From Squalus acanthias (lineage: Eukaryota), in the NCBI GenBank assembly GCA_030390025.1, contig CM059430.1, positions 74,338,001 through 74,402,000 on the forward strand: DNA of 64,000 nt, written 5' to 3'. Below, piece after piece: positions 63,290 through 64,000 of this stretch. The first letter of the stretch is position 1. Each line of letters begins with the position of its first letter. The notes beneath the pieces are model-generated. The model was not told the origin of the DNA, did not search any database, and saw only the letters and a program-made list of their open reading frames with translations. Made by a program: the position numbers and the translations under genes.

Positions 63290-64000
63290 AATATCTACAA
63301 AGGCTGGAACTCTGAATATTTTTTAACGATTAGCTTGTCAAATAACAGCATCTACAATCGAGCAAATGTATGAAACTCCAAGTGGAAAAAGTTGCACGTA
63401 TTGACATGAGGTCAGCTCTATACCGTTTCTTTATAATTTAATGCTTGACTGCAAAGGACGTGTTGCACAACAAGCTGCTTTGAAGAGGGTTCATGCGGTT
63501 CAAGTTAGGTCCGTAGCATCACACAGCCATTGAGTGCTGTTCATTATTGCATTTTGTTTGTAAATACCAAACCGCAAGGTCAGGTTCTTTTTTTTGTGGA
63601 ATGATGTGAACTTGATGGCGTCTGAATGCAAGATTATGTGTTGTATTTATATTATTAGTAGTCTATCAACAGAATATATTTCAAAAACAAATTTGGGGTA
63701 ACTTTTTATCTTTCTGGTCTCGGGGCAGAGTTTCATGCAGCGGGGAACGTACCGTACATGTGTGCTTCCAGTCCTAGGCTACCATATATTACTGTGAACT
63801 ATAGATAGAGAAAAGGCCACACACACAGGCAAATACGATTCTGGGTTACATTCCTGCTAGAATTATAATAATAGAAACGAAGGGATTTTGAATTTGCACA
63901 AGGCAAAATTTGAGCGTCATTTGAAACATTTCATGCTGTTCTGTCCGTCCCATTACAGCAAATGTTTTGTTGCCATTAAAAGGGTACAGCGACGATTCAA

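Larger units (their letters stand above)
58790..64000. repeat. Segmental duplication copy B (runs to the window end)
   Basis: Colinear with 11800-18400. Confidence 0.95.

Overview
Vertebrate genomic DNA, very probably from a cartilaginous fish (HE1-type V-SINE, abundant CR1 LINEs, Penelope and Harbinger elements). It is intron-containing and mostly decayed transposons, so most ORF-track entries are spurious or TE-derived. Two things stand out. (1) Two paralogous minus-strand genes, about 46 kb apart, encode non-rearranging Ig-superfamily receptors built as leader / germline-joined VJ-type V domain / C1 domain / TM with a conserved Arg. Gene A (15045..3379, about 263 aa) appears to stop just after the TM. 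Gene B (60682..53467, about 334 aa) has a tail with an ITSM-like TVYAEV. Both V domains lack the canonical second Cys, and identity falls from V (about 83%) to C1 (about 71%) to TM (about 20%), which looks like a paired-receptor family. (2) A full-length but decayed R2 (clade A-like) retrotransposon lies outside rDNA (48177..38163, minus). It retains a 27-nt 28S-derived leader, a recognisable HDV-like ribozyme and a structured 3' UTR, and has been split by three nested Harbinger-type insertions. Gene models were assembled by eye from splice signals and reading phase and have no transcript support. No searches were run; family comparisons are from memory.
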